Made by a program: the position numbers and the translations under genes
The notes under the pieces: generated by a model
The model's input: only the letters and a program-made list of their open reading frames with translations
What the model was told of the DNA's origin: nothing
The model's database searches: none
In this document: piece after piece, positions 1-13,003 of the stretch
Position numbering within the stretch: the stretch's first letter is position 1
How the letters are laid out: each line of letters starts with the position of its first letter
From: Escherichia coli
GTDB taxonomy: Bacteria > Pseudomonadota > Gammaproteobacteria > Enterobacterales > Enterobacteriaceae
Assembly: GCF_051903065.1 (NCBI RefSeq)
Contig: NZ_CP178438.1
Direction: 5' to 3' (one strand)
DNA: 64,000 nucleotides

Positions 1-500
<500 letters not shown>

Positions 501-506
501 TCACAC

Positions 507-572
507 AACATACGAGCCGGACGCATAAAGTGTAAAGCCTGGGGTGCCTAATGAGTGAGCTGACTCACATTA
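507..572 (-). promoter_or_regulatory. lac promoter (-10 at 507..512, -35 at 531..536) with CAP/CRP site at 549..572
   Basis: aacata is the reverse complement of TATGTT and tgtaaa of TTTACA; taatgagtgagctgactcacatta matches the CRP site palindrome with one substitution relative to the K-12 sequence as recalled. Confidence 0.8.
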
Positions 573-584
573 ATTGCGTTGCGC

Positions 585-1667
585 TCACTGCCCGCTTTCC
601 AGTCGGGAAACTTGTCGTGCCAGCTGCATTAATGAATCGGCCAACGCGCGGGGAGAGGCGGTTTGCGTCTTGGGCGCCAGGGTGGTTTTTCTTTTCACCA
701 GAGAGACGGGCAAAAGCTGATTGCCCTTCACCGCCTGGCCCTGAGAGAGTTGCAGCAAGCGGTCCACGCTGGTTTGCCCCAGCAGGCGAAAATCCTGTTT
801 GATGGTGGTTAACGGCGGGATATAACACGAGCTGTCTTCGGTATCGTCGTATCCCACTACCGAGATATCCGCACCAACGCGCAACCCGGACTCGGTAATG
901 GCGCGCATTGCGCCCAGCGCCATCTGATCGTTGGCAACCAGCATCGCAGTGGGAACGATGCCCTCATTTAGCATTTGCATGGTTTGTTGAAAACCGGACA
1001 TGGCACTCCAGTCGCCCTCCCGTTCCGCTATCGGCTGAATTTGATTGCGAGTGAGATATTTATGCCAGCCCGCCAGACGCAGACGCGCCGAGACAGAACT
1101 TAATGGGCCCGCTAACAGCGCGATTTGCTGGTGACCCAATGCGACCAGATGCTCCACGCCCAGTCGCGTACCGTCTTCATGGGAGAAAATAATACTGTTG
1201 ATGGGAGTCTGGTCAGAGACATCAAGAAATAACGCCGGAACATTAGCGCAGGCAGCTTCCACAGTAATGGCATCCTGGTCATCCAGCGGATAGTTAATGA
1301 TCAGCCCACTGACGCGTTGCGCGAGAAGATTGTGCACCGCCGCTTTACAGGCTTCGACGCCGCTTCGTTCTACCATCGACACCACCACGCTGGCACCCAG
1401 TTGATCGGCGCGAGATTTAATCGCCGCGACAATTTGCGACGGCGCGTGCAGGGCCAGACTGGAGGTGGCAACGCCAATCAGCAACGACTGTTTGCCCGCC
1501 AGTTGTTGTGCCACGCGGTTGGGTATGTAATTCAGCTCCGCCATCGCCGCTTCCACTTTTTCCCGCGTTTTCGCAGAAACGTGGCTGGCCTGATTCACCA
1601 CGCGGGAAACGGTCTGATAAGAGACACCGGCATACTCTGCGACATCGTATAGCGTTACTGGTTTCAC
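585..1667 (-). CDS. lacI: lactose operon repressor LacI
   Basis: ORF 585..1676 translates to the LacI sequence (KPVTLYDVAEYAGVSYQTVSRVVNQ...LESGQ); the annotated GTG start is at 1667. Confidence 0.95.
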   Translation of the reverse strand: MKPVTLYDVAEYAGVSYQTVSRVVNQASHVSAKTREKVEAAMAELNYIPNRVAQQLAGKQSLLIGVATSSLALHAPSQIVAAIKSRADQLGASVVVSMVERSGVEACKAAVHNLLAQRVSGLIINYPLDDQDAITVEAACANVPALFLDVSDQTPINSIIFSHEDGTRLGVEHLVALGHQQIALLAGPLSSVSARLRLAGWHKYLTRNQIQPIAEREGDWSAMSGFQQTMQMLNEGIVPTAMLVANDQMALGAMRAITESGLRVGADISVVGYDDTEDSSCYIPPLTTIKQDFRLLGQTSVDRLLQLSQGQAVKGNQLLPVSLVKRKTTLAPKTQTASPRALADSLMQLARQVSRLESGQ

Positions 1668-1702
1668 ATTCACCACCCTGAATTGACTCTCTTCCGGGCG
1701 CT

Positions 1703-1741
1703 ATCATGCCATACCGCGAAAGGTTTTGCGCCATTCGGCGG
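1703..1741 (-). promoter_or_regulatory. lacI promoter (-10 CATGAT, -35 GCGCAA) embedded in the 3' end of the upstream AraC-family gene
   Basis: Reverse complement contains GCGCAAAACCTTTCGCGGTATGGCATGATAG, matching the K-12 lacI promoter as recalled. Confidence 0.5.
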
Positions 1742-2657
1742 GGCTGACGCCGAAGTGAGATTTAAAATGCTGACGCCAGGTCACAGGTGAGAGAAAACCC
1801 ACCTCAGCCGCTATCCGCTCAACGGGCAACTGACTGGATCCCAACAGTTCCTGGCTACGGCGTAAGCGTTCAGTAATGAGCCATTCGGCGATACTCGAAC
1901 CGGTCGCTTTCATAAAATGGCGAGTTAATGTGCGGCGACTCATCATTACTCGCTGCGCCAGCGAGTCGAGATCATGCTGTTGCGCAATGTTTTGCCGCAG
2001 GTAATCCAGCAGGAGGTTTATGCGTTCATCATGGGTATTTTTCGGCACCGGTTGCTCAATAAACTGCGCCTGACCGCCGGTGCGATATGGCGGTACGACC
2101 ATCCGTCGGGCAATATGGTTAGCATAGTCGCTGCCAAAATGTTGCCGAACAATATACAAACAGCAATCCAGCGCCGCGGCAGTACCGGCAGAGGTAATAA
2201 TGCCGTCATCGTCTACGTACAACGCGTTAATATCCAGATGTGTTTGTGAAAAACGTGCCTGAAATTCACGCTCGAACTCCCAGTGCGTGGCGGCACGCTT
2301 ATTTTTCAGTAAACCTGCATAGCCGAGCACAAACGTGCCCAGGCAAAGCCCGACAATCTGTGCGCCGTTATCCCGTGCGGTCGTTAAGGCTTCCAGCAGT
2401 TTTTGTGGCGGTTTTTGTGTAATTGTTCCCCAGTAAGGAATTATCACAATATCCGCCTGGATGACTGCGGTATAGTCATGGGTGGCGGTTACGGAAAACC
2501 CATCGGCAGAGTCCACGTTTCCCGGCTTTTCAGCGCAGATAATTACGTGAAAGTGTTTTTTCTCCGCCATTTTTTCGCTAAATACGATAAACGGTACGGA
2601 AAGGTGAAAAGGACTAAAACCGGCAACGGCGATAATGGCAACAGTTAGCGGGCGCAT
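1704..2657 (-). CDS. AraC-family transcriptional regulator with N-terminal DJ-1/PfpI (class I glutamine amidotransferase-like) domain
   Basis: 317-aa ORF; the N-terminus (VAIIAVAGFSPFHLSVPFIVF..., a conserved Cys in GLCLGTFVL) looks DJ-1/PfpI-like and the C-terminus has an AraC-type HTH (RRTLTRHF...IAAEVGF). Not present at this position in K-12 as I recall it. Confidence 0.85.
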   Translation of the reverse strand: MRPLTVAIIAVAGFSPFHLSVPFIVFSEKMAEKKHFHVIICAEKPGNVDSADGFSVTATHDYTAVIQADIVIIPYWGTITQKPPQKLLEALTTARDNGAQIVGLCLGTFVLGYAGLLKNKRAATHWEFEREFQARFSQTHLDINALYVDDDGIITSAGTAAALDCCLYIVRQHFGSDYANHIARRMVVPPYRTGGQAQFIEQPVPKNTHDERINLLLDYLRQNIAQQHDLDSLAQRVMMSRRTLTRHFMKATGSSIAEWLITERLRRSQELLGSSQLPVERIAAEVGFLSPVTWRQHFKSHFGVSPAEWRKTFRGMA

Positions 2658-2676
2658 AACACTCTTTATCTCCGAA

Positions 2677-3453
2677 TTAGAATGTCAACGTTTCACCATC
2701 TTCTGGTACGTTCACAAATTCGATAATTTGATTATCTCTGGCGTATTCCTTGAGCGCATCACGCGTCAGCAAACAGTGGTTTACGGCCTCCATATGTGTC
2801 GCGACAATTTGCGCTTCTGGCAGGGTAAAATGTGTTTTGAGAATATCTTCTGCTCCCATAATTATCGCGCCATGCCCCAGAACATGCGCAAATCCGGCAT
2901 TCAACACAACCACTTCTGGTTGGAAAGTTAGCATTGTAACCTCGACGTCGTCACGCCAGAGGGTATCGCCAGCGAGATAGAGCGTTTTCTCTGTCGGGTG
3001 CTGGAAAACAACGCCGCAGGCTGCGCCTAAACGCTTCGCCATAGCCGGGTCGGCATAGGTGCGATCGGAGCCGTGCTGCCCTGTCGTTTTATGCAGAGTA
3101 ATATCGCCAAATTTAGTCTCGTCGGTAAGTACGGTAAGATGCGTAAATCCTTGTTTATTCAGTGATTCAGCATCTTGCTCATTTTGCACATAAATCGGTT
3201 TATCTTTAGGGACGACGCGGGAGGCTGTTTCGTCCCAGTGATCTTCATGCAAATGGGTCACGATTAGGGCGTCAACGTTGAGTAACGTTGTTAAATCGCA
3301 CGGTAATTCTACCGTTGGATTGCGGATTTCTGCGCGTGCCGTTCCGGCAAAACCCGGATAACTTCCTTTAGGCGCAAGTAACGGGTCGATAAGAAATGTT
3401 TTGCCAGCGTATTGGATAATTTGGGTGGCATTACGAATTTGCGTAATTTTCAT
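2677..3453 (-). CDS. MBL-fold metallo-hydrolase (beta-lactamase superfamily)
   Basis: ORF with the HxHxDH-type motif (THLHEDHWDE); probable ATG at 3453 preceded by GGAG (the ORF track extends to 3465). Its stop is 20 bp from the AraC-family start, suggesting co-transcription. Confidence 0.8.
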   Translation of the reverse strand: MKITQIRNATQIIQYAGKTFLIDPLLAPKGSYPGFAGTARAEIRNPTVELPCDLTTLLNVDALIVTHLHEDHWDETASRVVPKDKPIYVQNEQDAESLNKQGFTHLTVLTDETKFGDITLHKTTGQHGSDRTYADPAMAKRLGAACGVVFQHPTEKTLYLAGDTLWRDDVEVTMLTFQPEVVVLNAGFAHVLGHGAIIMGAEDILKTHFTLPEAQIVATHMEAVNHCLLTRDALKEYARDNQIIEFVNVPEDGETLTF

Positions 3454-3567
3454 GATTTGCTCCACATCACAGTATTGATGTCATTAGCGTAGCGTGCAGC
3501 CCGTACTGTGCATGTGGGCAAATGGGCGAATAACGATGAGAATGGGCCAAATTACACATTGGCGTAA

Positions 3568-4401
3568 CTAGCGTAAATGCACGCCGCTTCGCCGTCCGGC
3601 CACCAGAATAGCCTGCGATTCAACCCCTTCTTCGATCTGTTTTGCTACCCGTTGTAGTGCCGGAAGATGCTTTTCCGCTGCCTGTTCGATGGTCATTGCG
3701 CTCGCCATATACACCAGGTTCAAACAGCCAATCACCCGTTGTTCACTGCGCAGCGGTACGGCGATAGAGGCGATCTTCTCCTCCTGATCCCAGCCGCGGT
3801 AGTTCTGTCCGTAACCCTCTTTGCGCGCGCGCGCCAGAATGGCTTGCAGCTTTAACGGTTCTCGTGCCAGTTGATAGTCATCACCGGGGCGGGAGGCTAA
3901 CATTTCGATTAATTCCTTGCGTTCTTGTTCCGGGCAAAAGGCCAGCCAGGTCAGGCCCGAGGCGGTTTTCAGAAGCGGCAAACGTCGCCCGACCATTGCC
4001 CGGTGAAAGGATAAGCGGCTGAAACGGTGGGTGGTTTCGCGTACCACCATTGCATCAACATCCAGCGTGGACACATCTGTCGGCCATACCACTTCGCGCA
4101 ACAGATCGCCCAGCAGTGGGGCCGCCAGTGCAGAAATCCACTGTTCGTCACGAAATCCTTCGCTTAATTGCCGCACTTTGATGGTCAGACGAAAACTATC
4201 ATCGGAGGGACTACGCCGGACATATCCCTCTTCCTGCAGCGTCTCCAGCAGTCGCCGCACAGTGGTGCGATGCAGGCCGCTGAGTTCCGCCAGCAGCCCG
4301 ACGCTGGCACCGCCGTCAAGTTTATTTAACATATTTAATAACATTAGACCGCGGGTTAAGCCGCGCACGGTTTTGTATTCCGTCTGCTCATTGTTCTGCA
4401 T
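3568..4401 (-). CDS. mhpR: IclR-family activator of the mhp operon, MhpR
   Basis: Translation from the ATG at 4401 (MQNNEQTEYKTVRGLTRG...) gives the 277-aa MhpR; divergent from mhpA. Confidence 0.93.
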   Translation of the reverse strand: MQNNEQTEYKTVRGLTRGLMLLNMLNKLDGGASVGLLAELSGLHRTTVRRLLETLQEEGYVRRSPSDDSFRLTIKVRQLSEGFRDEQWISALAAPLLGDLLREVVWPTDVSTLDVDAMVVRETTHRFSRLSFHRAMVGRRLPLLKTASGLTWLAFCPEQERKELIEMLASRPGDDYQLAREPLKLQAILARARKEGYGQNYRGWDQEEKIASIAVPLRSEQRVIGCLNLVYMASAMTIEQAAEKHLPALQRVAKQIEEGVESQAILVAGRRSGVHLR

Positions 4402-4434
4402 ATTAATTGACATTTCTATAGTTAAAACAACGTT

Positions 4435-4449
4435 GTGCACCTGGTGCAC
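4435..4449. promoter_or_regulatory. Palindrome GTGCACCTGGTGCAC in the mhpR-mhpA divergent region (candidate MhpR operator)
   Basis: 15-bp palindrome seen directly in the sequence; I recall an MhpR operator of this form but could not verify it. Confidence 0.45.
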
Positions 4450-4591
4450 ATTCGGGCATGTTTTGATTGTAGCCGAAAACACCCTTTCTATACTGAGCGC
4501 ACAATAAAAAATAATTTACATGTTTTTAACAAAATAAGTTGCGCTGTACTGTGCGCGCAACGGCATTTTGTCCGAGTCGTGAGGTACTGAA

Positions 4592-6256
4592 ATGGCAATA
4601 CAACACCCTGACATCCAGCCTGCTGTTAACCATAGCGTTCAGGTGGCGATCGCTGGTGCCGGTCCGGTCGGGCTGATGATGGCGAACTATCTCGGCCAGA
4701 TGGGCATTGACGTGCTGGTGGTGGAGAAACTCGATAAGTTGATCGACTACCCGCGTGCGATTGGTATTGATGACGAGGCGCTGCGCACCATGCAGTCGGT
4801 CGGCCTGGTCGATAATGTTCTGCCGCATACTACGCCGTGGCACGCGATGCGTTTTCTCACCCCGAAGGGCCGCTGTTTTGCTGATATTCAGCCAATGACC
4901 GATGAATTTGGCTGGCCGCGCCGTAACGCCTTTATTCAGCCGCAGGTCGATGCGGTGATGCTGGAAGGGGTGTCGCGTTTTCCGAATGTGCGCTGCTTGT
5001 TTTCCCGCGAGCTGGAGGCCTTCAGTCAGCAAGATGACGAAGTGACCTTGCACCTGAAAACGGCAGAAGGGCAGCGGGAAATAGTCAAAGCCCAGTGGCT
5101 GGTGGCCTGTGATGGTGGGGCAAGTTTTGTCCGTCGCACCCTGAATGTGCCGTTTGAAGGTAAAACTGCGCCAAATCAGTGGATTGTGGTAGATATCGCC
5201 AACGATCCGTTAAGTACGCCGCATATCTATTTGTGTTGCGATCCGGTGCGCCCGTATGTTTCTGCCGCGCTACCTCATGCGGTACGTCGCTTTGAATTTA
5301 TGGTGATGCCAGGAGAAACCGAAGAACAGCTGCGTGAGCCGCAAAATATGCGCAAGCTGTTAAGCAAAGTGCTGCCTAATCCGGACAATGTTGAATTGAT
5401 TCGCCAGCGTGTCTACACCCACAACGCGCGACTGGCGCAACGTTTCCGTATTGATCGCGTACTGCTGGCGGGCGATGCCGCGCACATCATGCCGGTATGG
5501 CAGGGGCAGGGCTATAACAGTGGTATGCGCGACGCCTTTAACCTCGCATGGAAACTGGCGTTGGTTATCCAGGGGAAAGCCCGCGATGCGCTGCTCGATA
5601 CCTATCAACAAGAACGTCGCGATCACGCCAAAGCGATGATTGACCTGTCCGTGACGGCGGGCAACGTGCTGGCTCCGCCGAAACGCTGGCAGGGTACGTT
5701 ACGTGACGGCGTTTCCTGGCTGCTGAATTATCTGCCGCCAGTAAAACGCTACTTCCTCGAAATGCGCTTCAAGCCGATGCCGCAATATTACGGCGGTGCG
5801 CTGGTGCGTGAGGGCGAGGCGAAGCACTCTCCGGTCGGCAAGATGTTTATTCAGCCGAAAGTCACGCTGGAAAACGGCGACGTGACGCTACTCGATAACG
5901 CGATTGGCGCGAACTTCGCAGTAATTGGCTGGGGATGCAATCCACTATGGGGGATGAGCGACGAGCAAATCCAGCAGTGGCGCGCGTTGGGCACACGCTT
6001 CATTCAGGTGGTGCCGGAAGTGCAAATTCATACCGCACAGGATAACCACGACGGCGTACTACGCGTGGGGGATACGCAAGGTCGCCTGCGTAGCTGGTTC
6101 GCGCAACACAATGCTTCGCTGGTGGTGATGCGCCCGGATCGCTTTGTTGCCGCCACCGCCATTCCGCAAACTCTGGGCAAGACCCTGAATAAACTGGCGT
6201 CGGTGATGACGCTGACCCGCCCTGATGCCGACGTTTCTGTCGAAAAGGTAGCCTGA
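4592..6256 (+). CDS. mhpA: 3-(3-hydroxyphenyl)propionate hydroxylase (FAD monooxygenase)
   Basis: 554-aa ORF with the FAD-binding GxGxxG motif ([18 protein letters not shown]); first gene of the mhpABCDFE order. Confidence 0.95.
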   Translation: MAIQHPDIQPAVNHSVQVAIAGAGPVGLMMANYLGQMGIDVLVVEKLDKLIDYPRAIGIDDEALRTMQSVGLVDNVLPHTTPWHAMRFLTPKGRCFADIQPMTDEFGWPRRNAFIQPQVDAVMLEGVSRFPNVRCLFSRELEAFSQQDDEVTLHLKTAEGQREIVKAQWLVACDGGASFVRRTLNVPFEGKTAPNQWIVVDIANDPLSTPHIYLCCDPVRPYVSAALPHAVRRFEFMVMPGETEEQLREPQNMRKLLSKVLPNPDNVELIRQRVYTHNARLAQRFRIDRVLLAGDAAHIMPVWQGQGYNSGMRDAFNLAWKLALVIQGKARDALLDTYQQERRDHAKAMIDLSVTAGNVLAPPKRWQGTLRDGVSWLLNYLPPVKRYFLEMRFKPMPQYYGGALVREGEAKHSPVGKMFIQPKVTLENGDVTLLDNAIGANFAVIGWGCNPLWGMSDEQIQQWRALGTRFIQVVPEVQIHTAQDNHDGVLRVGDTQGRLRSWFAQHNASLVVMRPDRFVAATAIPQTLGKTLNKLASVMTLTRPDADVSVEKVA

Positions 6257-6257
6257 T

Positions 6258-7202
6258 ATGCACGCTTATCTTCATTGTCTTTCCCACTCGCCGCTGGTGG
6301 GGTATGTCGACCCGGCACAAGAGGTACTCGATGAGGTCAATGGCGTGATTGCCAGCGCCCGCGAGCGTATTGCGGCTTTCTCCCCTGAACTGGTGGTGCT
6401 GTTTGCGCCAGATCACTACAACGGCTTTTTCTATGACGTGATGCCACCGTTCTGTTTAGGCGTTGGAGCGACGGCAATTGGTGATTTCGGCAGTGCGGCA
6501 GGAGAGCTGCCCGTGCCTGTGGAGCTGGCGGAGGCCTGTGCGCATGCCGTCATGAAGAGCGGGATCGATCTTGCCGTTTCTTACTGTATGCAGGTGGACC
6601 ACGGGTTCGCACAGCCGCTGGAGTTCCTGCTCGGTGGGCTGGATAAGGTGCCAGTTCTGCCTGTGTTCATCAACGGTGTCGCCACGCCGCTGCCCGGTTT
6701 CCAGCGTACCCGCATGTTGGGTGAAGCCATTGGACGTTTCACCAGCACTCTCAATAAACGCGTGCTGTTCCTGGGTTCCGGTGGGCTTTCCCATCAGCCG
6801 CCGGTGCCCGAACTGGCGAAAGCCGATGCCCATATGCGCGACCGTCTGTTGGGGAGCGGGAAAGATTTACCCGCCAGTGAGCGCGAATTGCGTCAGCAAA
6901 GGGTGATTAGCGCCGCTGAGAAGTTTGTTGAGGATCAGAGAACTCTGCATCCGCTCAACCCGATTTGGGATAACCAGTTCATGACTTTGCTGGAGCAGGG
7001 ACGCATACAGGAACTGGATGCCGTCAGTAACGAAGAGCTTTCCGCCATTGCCGGAAAGTCGACACATGAAATCAAAACCTGGGTCGCCGCTTTTGCCGCT
7101 ATTTCTGCATTTGGCAACTGGCGTAGCGAAGGGCGTTATTACCGCCCAATCCCGGAGTGGATTGCCGGATTTGGCTCGTTAAGCGCCAGAACAGAGAACT
7201 GA
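6258..7202 (+). CDS. mhpB: 2,3-dihydroxyphenylpropionate 1,2-dioxygenase (extradiol)
   Basis: 314-aa ORF ([16 protein letters not shown]...) directly after mhpA. Confidence 0.95.
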
Positions 7203-7219
7203 ATATGCAGGAGAAGATG

Positions 7220-8086
7220 ATGAGTTATCAGCCACAAACCGAAGCCGCCACCAGCCGTTTTCTGAATGTAGAAGAAGCGGGTAAAACGCTGCGCATCCAT
7301 TTTAATGACTGCGGACAAGGCGACGAAACCGTTGTCCTGCTGCATGGTTCCGGCCCGGGTGCTACTGGCTGGGCGAACTTCAGCCGCAATATCGATCCGC
7401 TGGTAGAGGCGGGCTATCGGGTGATCCTGCTGGATTGTCCGGGTTGGGGCAAGAGCGATTCGATCGTTAATAGTGGTTCGCGATCGGATCTTAATGCACG
7501 AATCCTGAAAAGCGTGGTGGATCAACTGGATATCGCCAAAATCCACCTGCTGGGCAACTCGATGGGTGGCCATAGTTCTGTGGCGTTCACCCTTAACTGG
7601 CCGGAGCGCGTCGGCAAACTGGTGCTGATGGGCGGCGGTACGGGCGGCATGAGTTTGTTTACGCCGATGCCAACCGAAGGTATTAAGCGACTGAATCAGC
7701 TTTATCGTCAGCCGACTATCGAAAACCTGAAGCTGATGATGGATATCTTCGTTTTTGATACCAGCGATTTGACCGACGCCCTGTTTGAAGCGCGCCTGAA
7801 TAATATGCTGTCGCGCCGCGATCACCTGGAAAATTTCGTTAAGAGCCTGGAAACTAATCCGAAACAGTTCCCGGATTTTGGCCCACGTCTGGCGGAAATC
7901 AAAGCGCAAACCCTGATTGTCTGGGGGCGCAACGACCGCTTTGTGCCGATGGATGCGGGTCTGCGTCTGCTGTCCGGCATTGCCGGTTCTGAACTGCATA
8001 TCTTCCGCGACTGTGGTCACTGGGCGCAGTGGGAACATGCCGACGCTTTCAATCAACTGGTGCTGAATTTCCTCGCACGTGCTTAA
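7220..8086 (+). CDS. mhpC: 2-hydroxy-6-ketonona-2,4-dienedioate hydrolase (alpha/beta hydrolase)
   Basis: ORF with the GNSMGG nucleophile motif; the start is placed at the MSYQPQ ATG (7220), with alternative in-frame ATGs at 7205 and 7217. Confidence 0.9.
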   Translation: MSYQPQTEAATSRFLNVEEAGKTLRIHFNDCGQGDETVVLLHGSGPGATGWANFSRNIDPLVEAGYRVILLDCPGWGKSDSIVNSGSRSDLNARILKSVVDQLDIAKIHLLGNSMGGHSSVAFTLNWPERVGKLVLMGGGTGGMSLFTPMPTEGIKRLNQLYRQPTIENLKLMMDIFVFDTSDLTDALFEARLNNMLSRRDHLENFVKSLETNPKQFPDFGPRLAEIKAQTLIVWGRNDRFVPMDAGLRLLSGIAGSELHIFRDCGHWAQWEHADAFNQLVLNFLARA

Positions 8087-9848
<1,762 letters not shown>

Positions 9849-9852
<4 letters not shown>

Positions 9853-10862
9853 ACGGTAAAAAACTTTATATCTCGGACGTCACGTTGCGTGACGGTATGC
9901 ACGCCATTCGTCATCAGTATTCGCTGGAAAACGTTCGCCAGATTGCCAAAGCACTGGACGATGCCCGCGTGGATTCGATTGAAGTGGCCCATGGCGACGG
10001 TTTGCAGGGGTCCAGCTTTAACTATGGTTTCGGCGCACATAGCGACCTTGAATGGATTGAAGCAGCGGCGGATGTGGTGAAGCACGCCAAAATCGCGACG
10101 TTGTTGCTGCCAGGAATCGGCACTATTCACGATCTGAAAAATGCCTGGCAGGCTGGCGCGCGGGTGGTTCGTGTGGCAACGCACTGTACCGAAGCTGATG
10201 TTTCCGCCCAGCATATTCAGTATGCCCGCGAGCTCGGAATGGACACCGTTGGTTTTCTGATGATGAGCCATATGACCACGCCGGAGAATCTCGCCAAGCA
10301 GGCAAAGCTGATGGAAGGCTACGGTGCGACCTGCATTTATGTGGTGGATTCTGGCGGTGCGATGAACATGAGCGATATCCGTGACCGTTTCCGCGCCCTG
10401 AAAGCAGTGCTGAAACCAGAAACGCAAACCGGCATGCACGCTCACCATAACCTGAGTCTTGGCGTGGCGAACTCTATCGCGGCGGTGGAAGAGGGCTGCG
10501 ACCGAATCGACGCCAGCCTCGCGGGAATGGGCGCGGGCGCAGGTAACGCGCCGCTGGAAGTATTTATTGCCGCCGTGGATAAACTGGGTTGGCAGCATGG
10601 GGCCGATCTCTATGCGTTAATGGATGCCGCTGACGACCTGGTGCGTCCGTTGCAGGATCGACCGGTACGAGTCGATCGCGAAACGCTGGCGCTGGGATAC
10701 GCTGGTGTTTACTCCAGCTTCCTGCGTCACTGTGAAACGGCGGCGGCGCGTTATGGCTTAAGCGCGGTGGATATTCTCGTTGAGCTGGGCAAACGCCGGA
10801 TGGTTGGCGGCCAGGAGGATATGATCGTCGACGTGGCGCTGGATCTGCGCAACAACAAATAA
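9849..10862 (+). CDS. mhpE: 4-hydroxy-2-oxovalerate aldolase
   Basis: 337-aa ORF ([25 protein letters not shown]...); 4-bp overlap with mhpF. Confidence 0.95.
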
Positions 10863-10899
10863 TGATGACTGCCGAGAACGTGCATTTTGTATACCCATC

Positions 10900-11062
10900 C
10901 CAGCACGACTGCCGGATGCGGCGTGAACGCCTTATCCGGCCTACGGGTGGCGTGAGAATTTGTAGGCCTGATAAGACGCGCAAGCGTCGCATCAGGCATC
11001 TGCACACGACTGCCGGATGCGGTAAACGTCTTGTCCGGCCTACATTTCGCCCGTAGGCAGTC
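10900..11062. repeat. REP/BIME cluster (about three REP units in alternating orientation)
   Basis: Repeated gccggatgcggcgtgaacgccttatccggcctac-type palindromic units between mhpE and mhpT. Confidence 0.85.
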
Positions 11063-11136
11063 ATTAAATAGTTCTGATTACGCGGCTGGCAATGTATCAG
11101 TCGCGATTCACCTGCACTCGCAACGAGGTTCATCTT

Positions 11137-12348
11137 ATGTCGACTCGTACCCCTTCATCATCTTCATCCCGCCTGATGCTGACTATCGGGCTTTGTTTTT
11201 TGGTCGCTCTGATGGAAGGGCTGGATCTTCAGGCGGCTGGCATTGCGGCGGGTGGCATCGCCCAGGCTTTCGCACTCGATAAAATGCAAATGGGCTGGAT
11301 ATTCAGCGCCGGAATACTCGGTTTGCTACCCGGCGCGTTGGTTGGCGGAATGCTGGCGGACCGTTATGGTCGCAAGCGCATTTTGATTGACTCAGTTGCG
11401 CTGTTTGGTTTGTTCTCGCTGGCAACGGCGATTGCCTGGGATTTCCCCTCACTGGTCTTTGCGCGGCTGATGACCGGTGTCGGGCTGGGGGCGGCGTTGC
11501 CGAATCTTATCGCCCTGACGTCTGAAGCCGCGGGTCCACGTTTTCGTGGGACGGCAGTGAGCCTGATGTATTGCGGTGTTCCCATTGGCGCGGCGCTGGC
11601 GGCGACACTGGGTTTCGCGGGGGCAAACTTAGCATGGCAAACGGTGTTTTGGGTAGGTGGTGTGGTGCCGTTGATTCTGGTGCCGCTATTAATGCGCTGG
11701 CTGCCGGAGTCGGCGGTTTTCGCTGGCGAAAAACAGGCTGCGCCACCACTGCGTGCGTTATTTGCGCCAGAAACGGCAACCGCGACGCTGCTGCTGTGGT
11801 TGTGTTATTTCTTCACTCTGCTGGTGGTTTACATGTTGATCAACTGGCTACCGCTGCTTTTGGTGGAGCAAGGATTCCAGCCATCGCAGGCGGCAGGGGT
11901 GATGTTTGCACTGCAAATGGGGGCGGCAAGCGGGACGTTAATGTTGGGCGCATTGATGGATAAGCTGCGTCCAGTAACCATGTCGCTACTGATTTATAGC
12001 GGCATGTTAGCTTCGCTGCTGGCGCTTGGAACGGTGTCGTCATTTAACGGTATGTTGCTGGCGGGATTTGTCGCGGGGTTGTTTGCGACAGGTGGGCAAA
12101 GCGTTTTGTATGCCCTGGCACCGTTGTTTTACAGTTCGCAGATCCGCGCAACAGGTGTGGGAACAGCCGTGGCGGTAGGGCGTCTGGGGGCTATGAGCGG
12201 TCCGTTACTGGCCGGGAAAATGCTGGCATTAGGCACTGGCACGGTCGGCGTAATGGCCGCTTCTGCACCGGGTATTCTTGTTGCTGGGTTGGCGGTGTTT
12301 ATTTTGATGAGTCGGAGATCAAGAATGCAGCCGTGTGCCGATGCCTGA
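11137..12348 (+). CDS. mhpT: 3-(3-hydroxyphenyl)propionate transporter (MFS)
   Basis: Translation from the ATG at 11137 (MSTRTPSSSSSRLMLTIG...) with GAGG upstream; 403 aa; the ORF track extends upstream to 11092. Confidence 0.9.
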   Translation: MSTRTPSSSSSRLMLTIGLCFLVALMEGLDLQAAGIAAGGIAQAFALDKMQMGWIFSAGILGLLPGALVGGMLADRYGRKRILIDSVALFGLFSLATAIAWDFPSLVFARLMTGVGLGAALPNLIALTSEAAGPRFRGTAVSLMYCGVPIGAALAATLGFAGANLAWQTVFWVGGVVPLILVPLLMRWLPESAVFAGEKQAAPPLRALFAPETATATLLLWLCYFFTLLVVYMLINWLPLLLVEQGFQPSQAAGVMFALQMGAASGTLMLGALMDKLRPVTMSLLIYSGMLASLLALGTVSSFNGMLLAGFVAGLFATGGQSVLYALAPLFYSSQIRATGVGTAVAVGRLGAMSGPLLAGKMLALGTGTVGVMAASAPGILVAGLAVFILMSRRSRMQPCADA

Positions 12349-12449
12349 CGCGCCTTATTAAGCAGGGGCGAAAGGGACTTGCCCCCAATACACCCACGGC
12401 GTTTACAGGTATACTCGCTAAAAATTATTCAGCGGGTTTGGAAACAAAG

Positions 12450-12989
12450 ATGGCAAAACTTACCTTACAAGAGCAGTTGCTCAAAGCAGGATTAGTCACC
12501 AGCAAAAAAGCGGCGAAGGTCGAGAGAACGGCGAAAAAATCGCGCGTTCAGGCGCGTGAAGCTCGGGCTGCGGTAGAAGAAAATAAAAAGGCACAGCTTG
12601 AGCGTGATAAACAGCTTAGCGAACAGCAAAAACAAGCGGTGTTGGCAAAAGAATATAAAGCTCAGGTGAAGCAGCTTATTGAAATGAACCGGATCACCAT
12701 TGCCAATGGCGATATTGGTTTTAACTTCACTGATGGCAATCTGATTAAGAAGATTTTTGTCGATAAGCTCACACAAGCGCAGTTGATTAATGGTCGTCTG
12801 GCGATTGCCCGCTTGTTGGTCGATAACAATAGCGAAGGTGAATACGCCATTATTCCCGCCAGCGTTGCCGATAAAATTGCTCAGCGTGATGCCAGCAGTA
12901 TTGTGTTGCACAGCGCGCTCAGTGCCGAAGAGCAGGATGAAGACGATCCGTATGCCGACTTCAAAGTGCCTGATGATTTGATGTGGTAA
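12450..12989 (+). CDS. yaiL: DUF2058 protein YaiL
   Basis: 179-aa product from the ATG at 12450 (MAKLTLQEQLLKAGLVTSKK...); the ORF track extends upstream to 12333. Confidence 0.85.
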   Translation: MAKLTLQEQLLKAGLVTSKKAAKVERTAKKSRVQAREARAAVEENKKAQLERDKQLSEQQKQAVLAKEYKAQVKQLIEMNRITIANGDIGFNFTDGNLIKKIFVDKLTQAQLINGRLAIARLLVDNNSEGEYAIIPASVADKIAQRDASSIVLHSALSAEEQDEDDPYADFKVPDDLMW

Positions 12990-13003
12990 ACATAGATAAG
13001 TCG

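Noticed and set aside
4526-5053. 175-aa minus-strand ORF overlapping the mhpA 5' region
   Set aside because: Antisense to mhpA and crossing the mhpR-mhpA promoter; spurious.
10564-11133. 189-aa minus-strand ORF spanning the mhpE-mhpT REP cluster
   Set aside because: Runs through REP palindromes and overlaps the ends of two real genes; the Arg/Pro-rich translation is typical of GC-rich repeat read-through.
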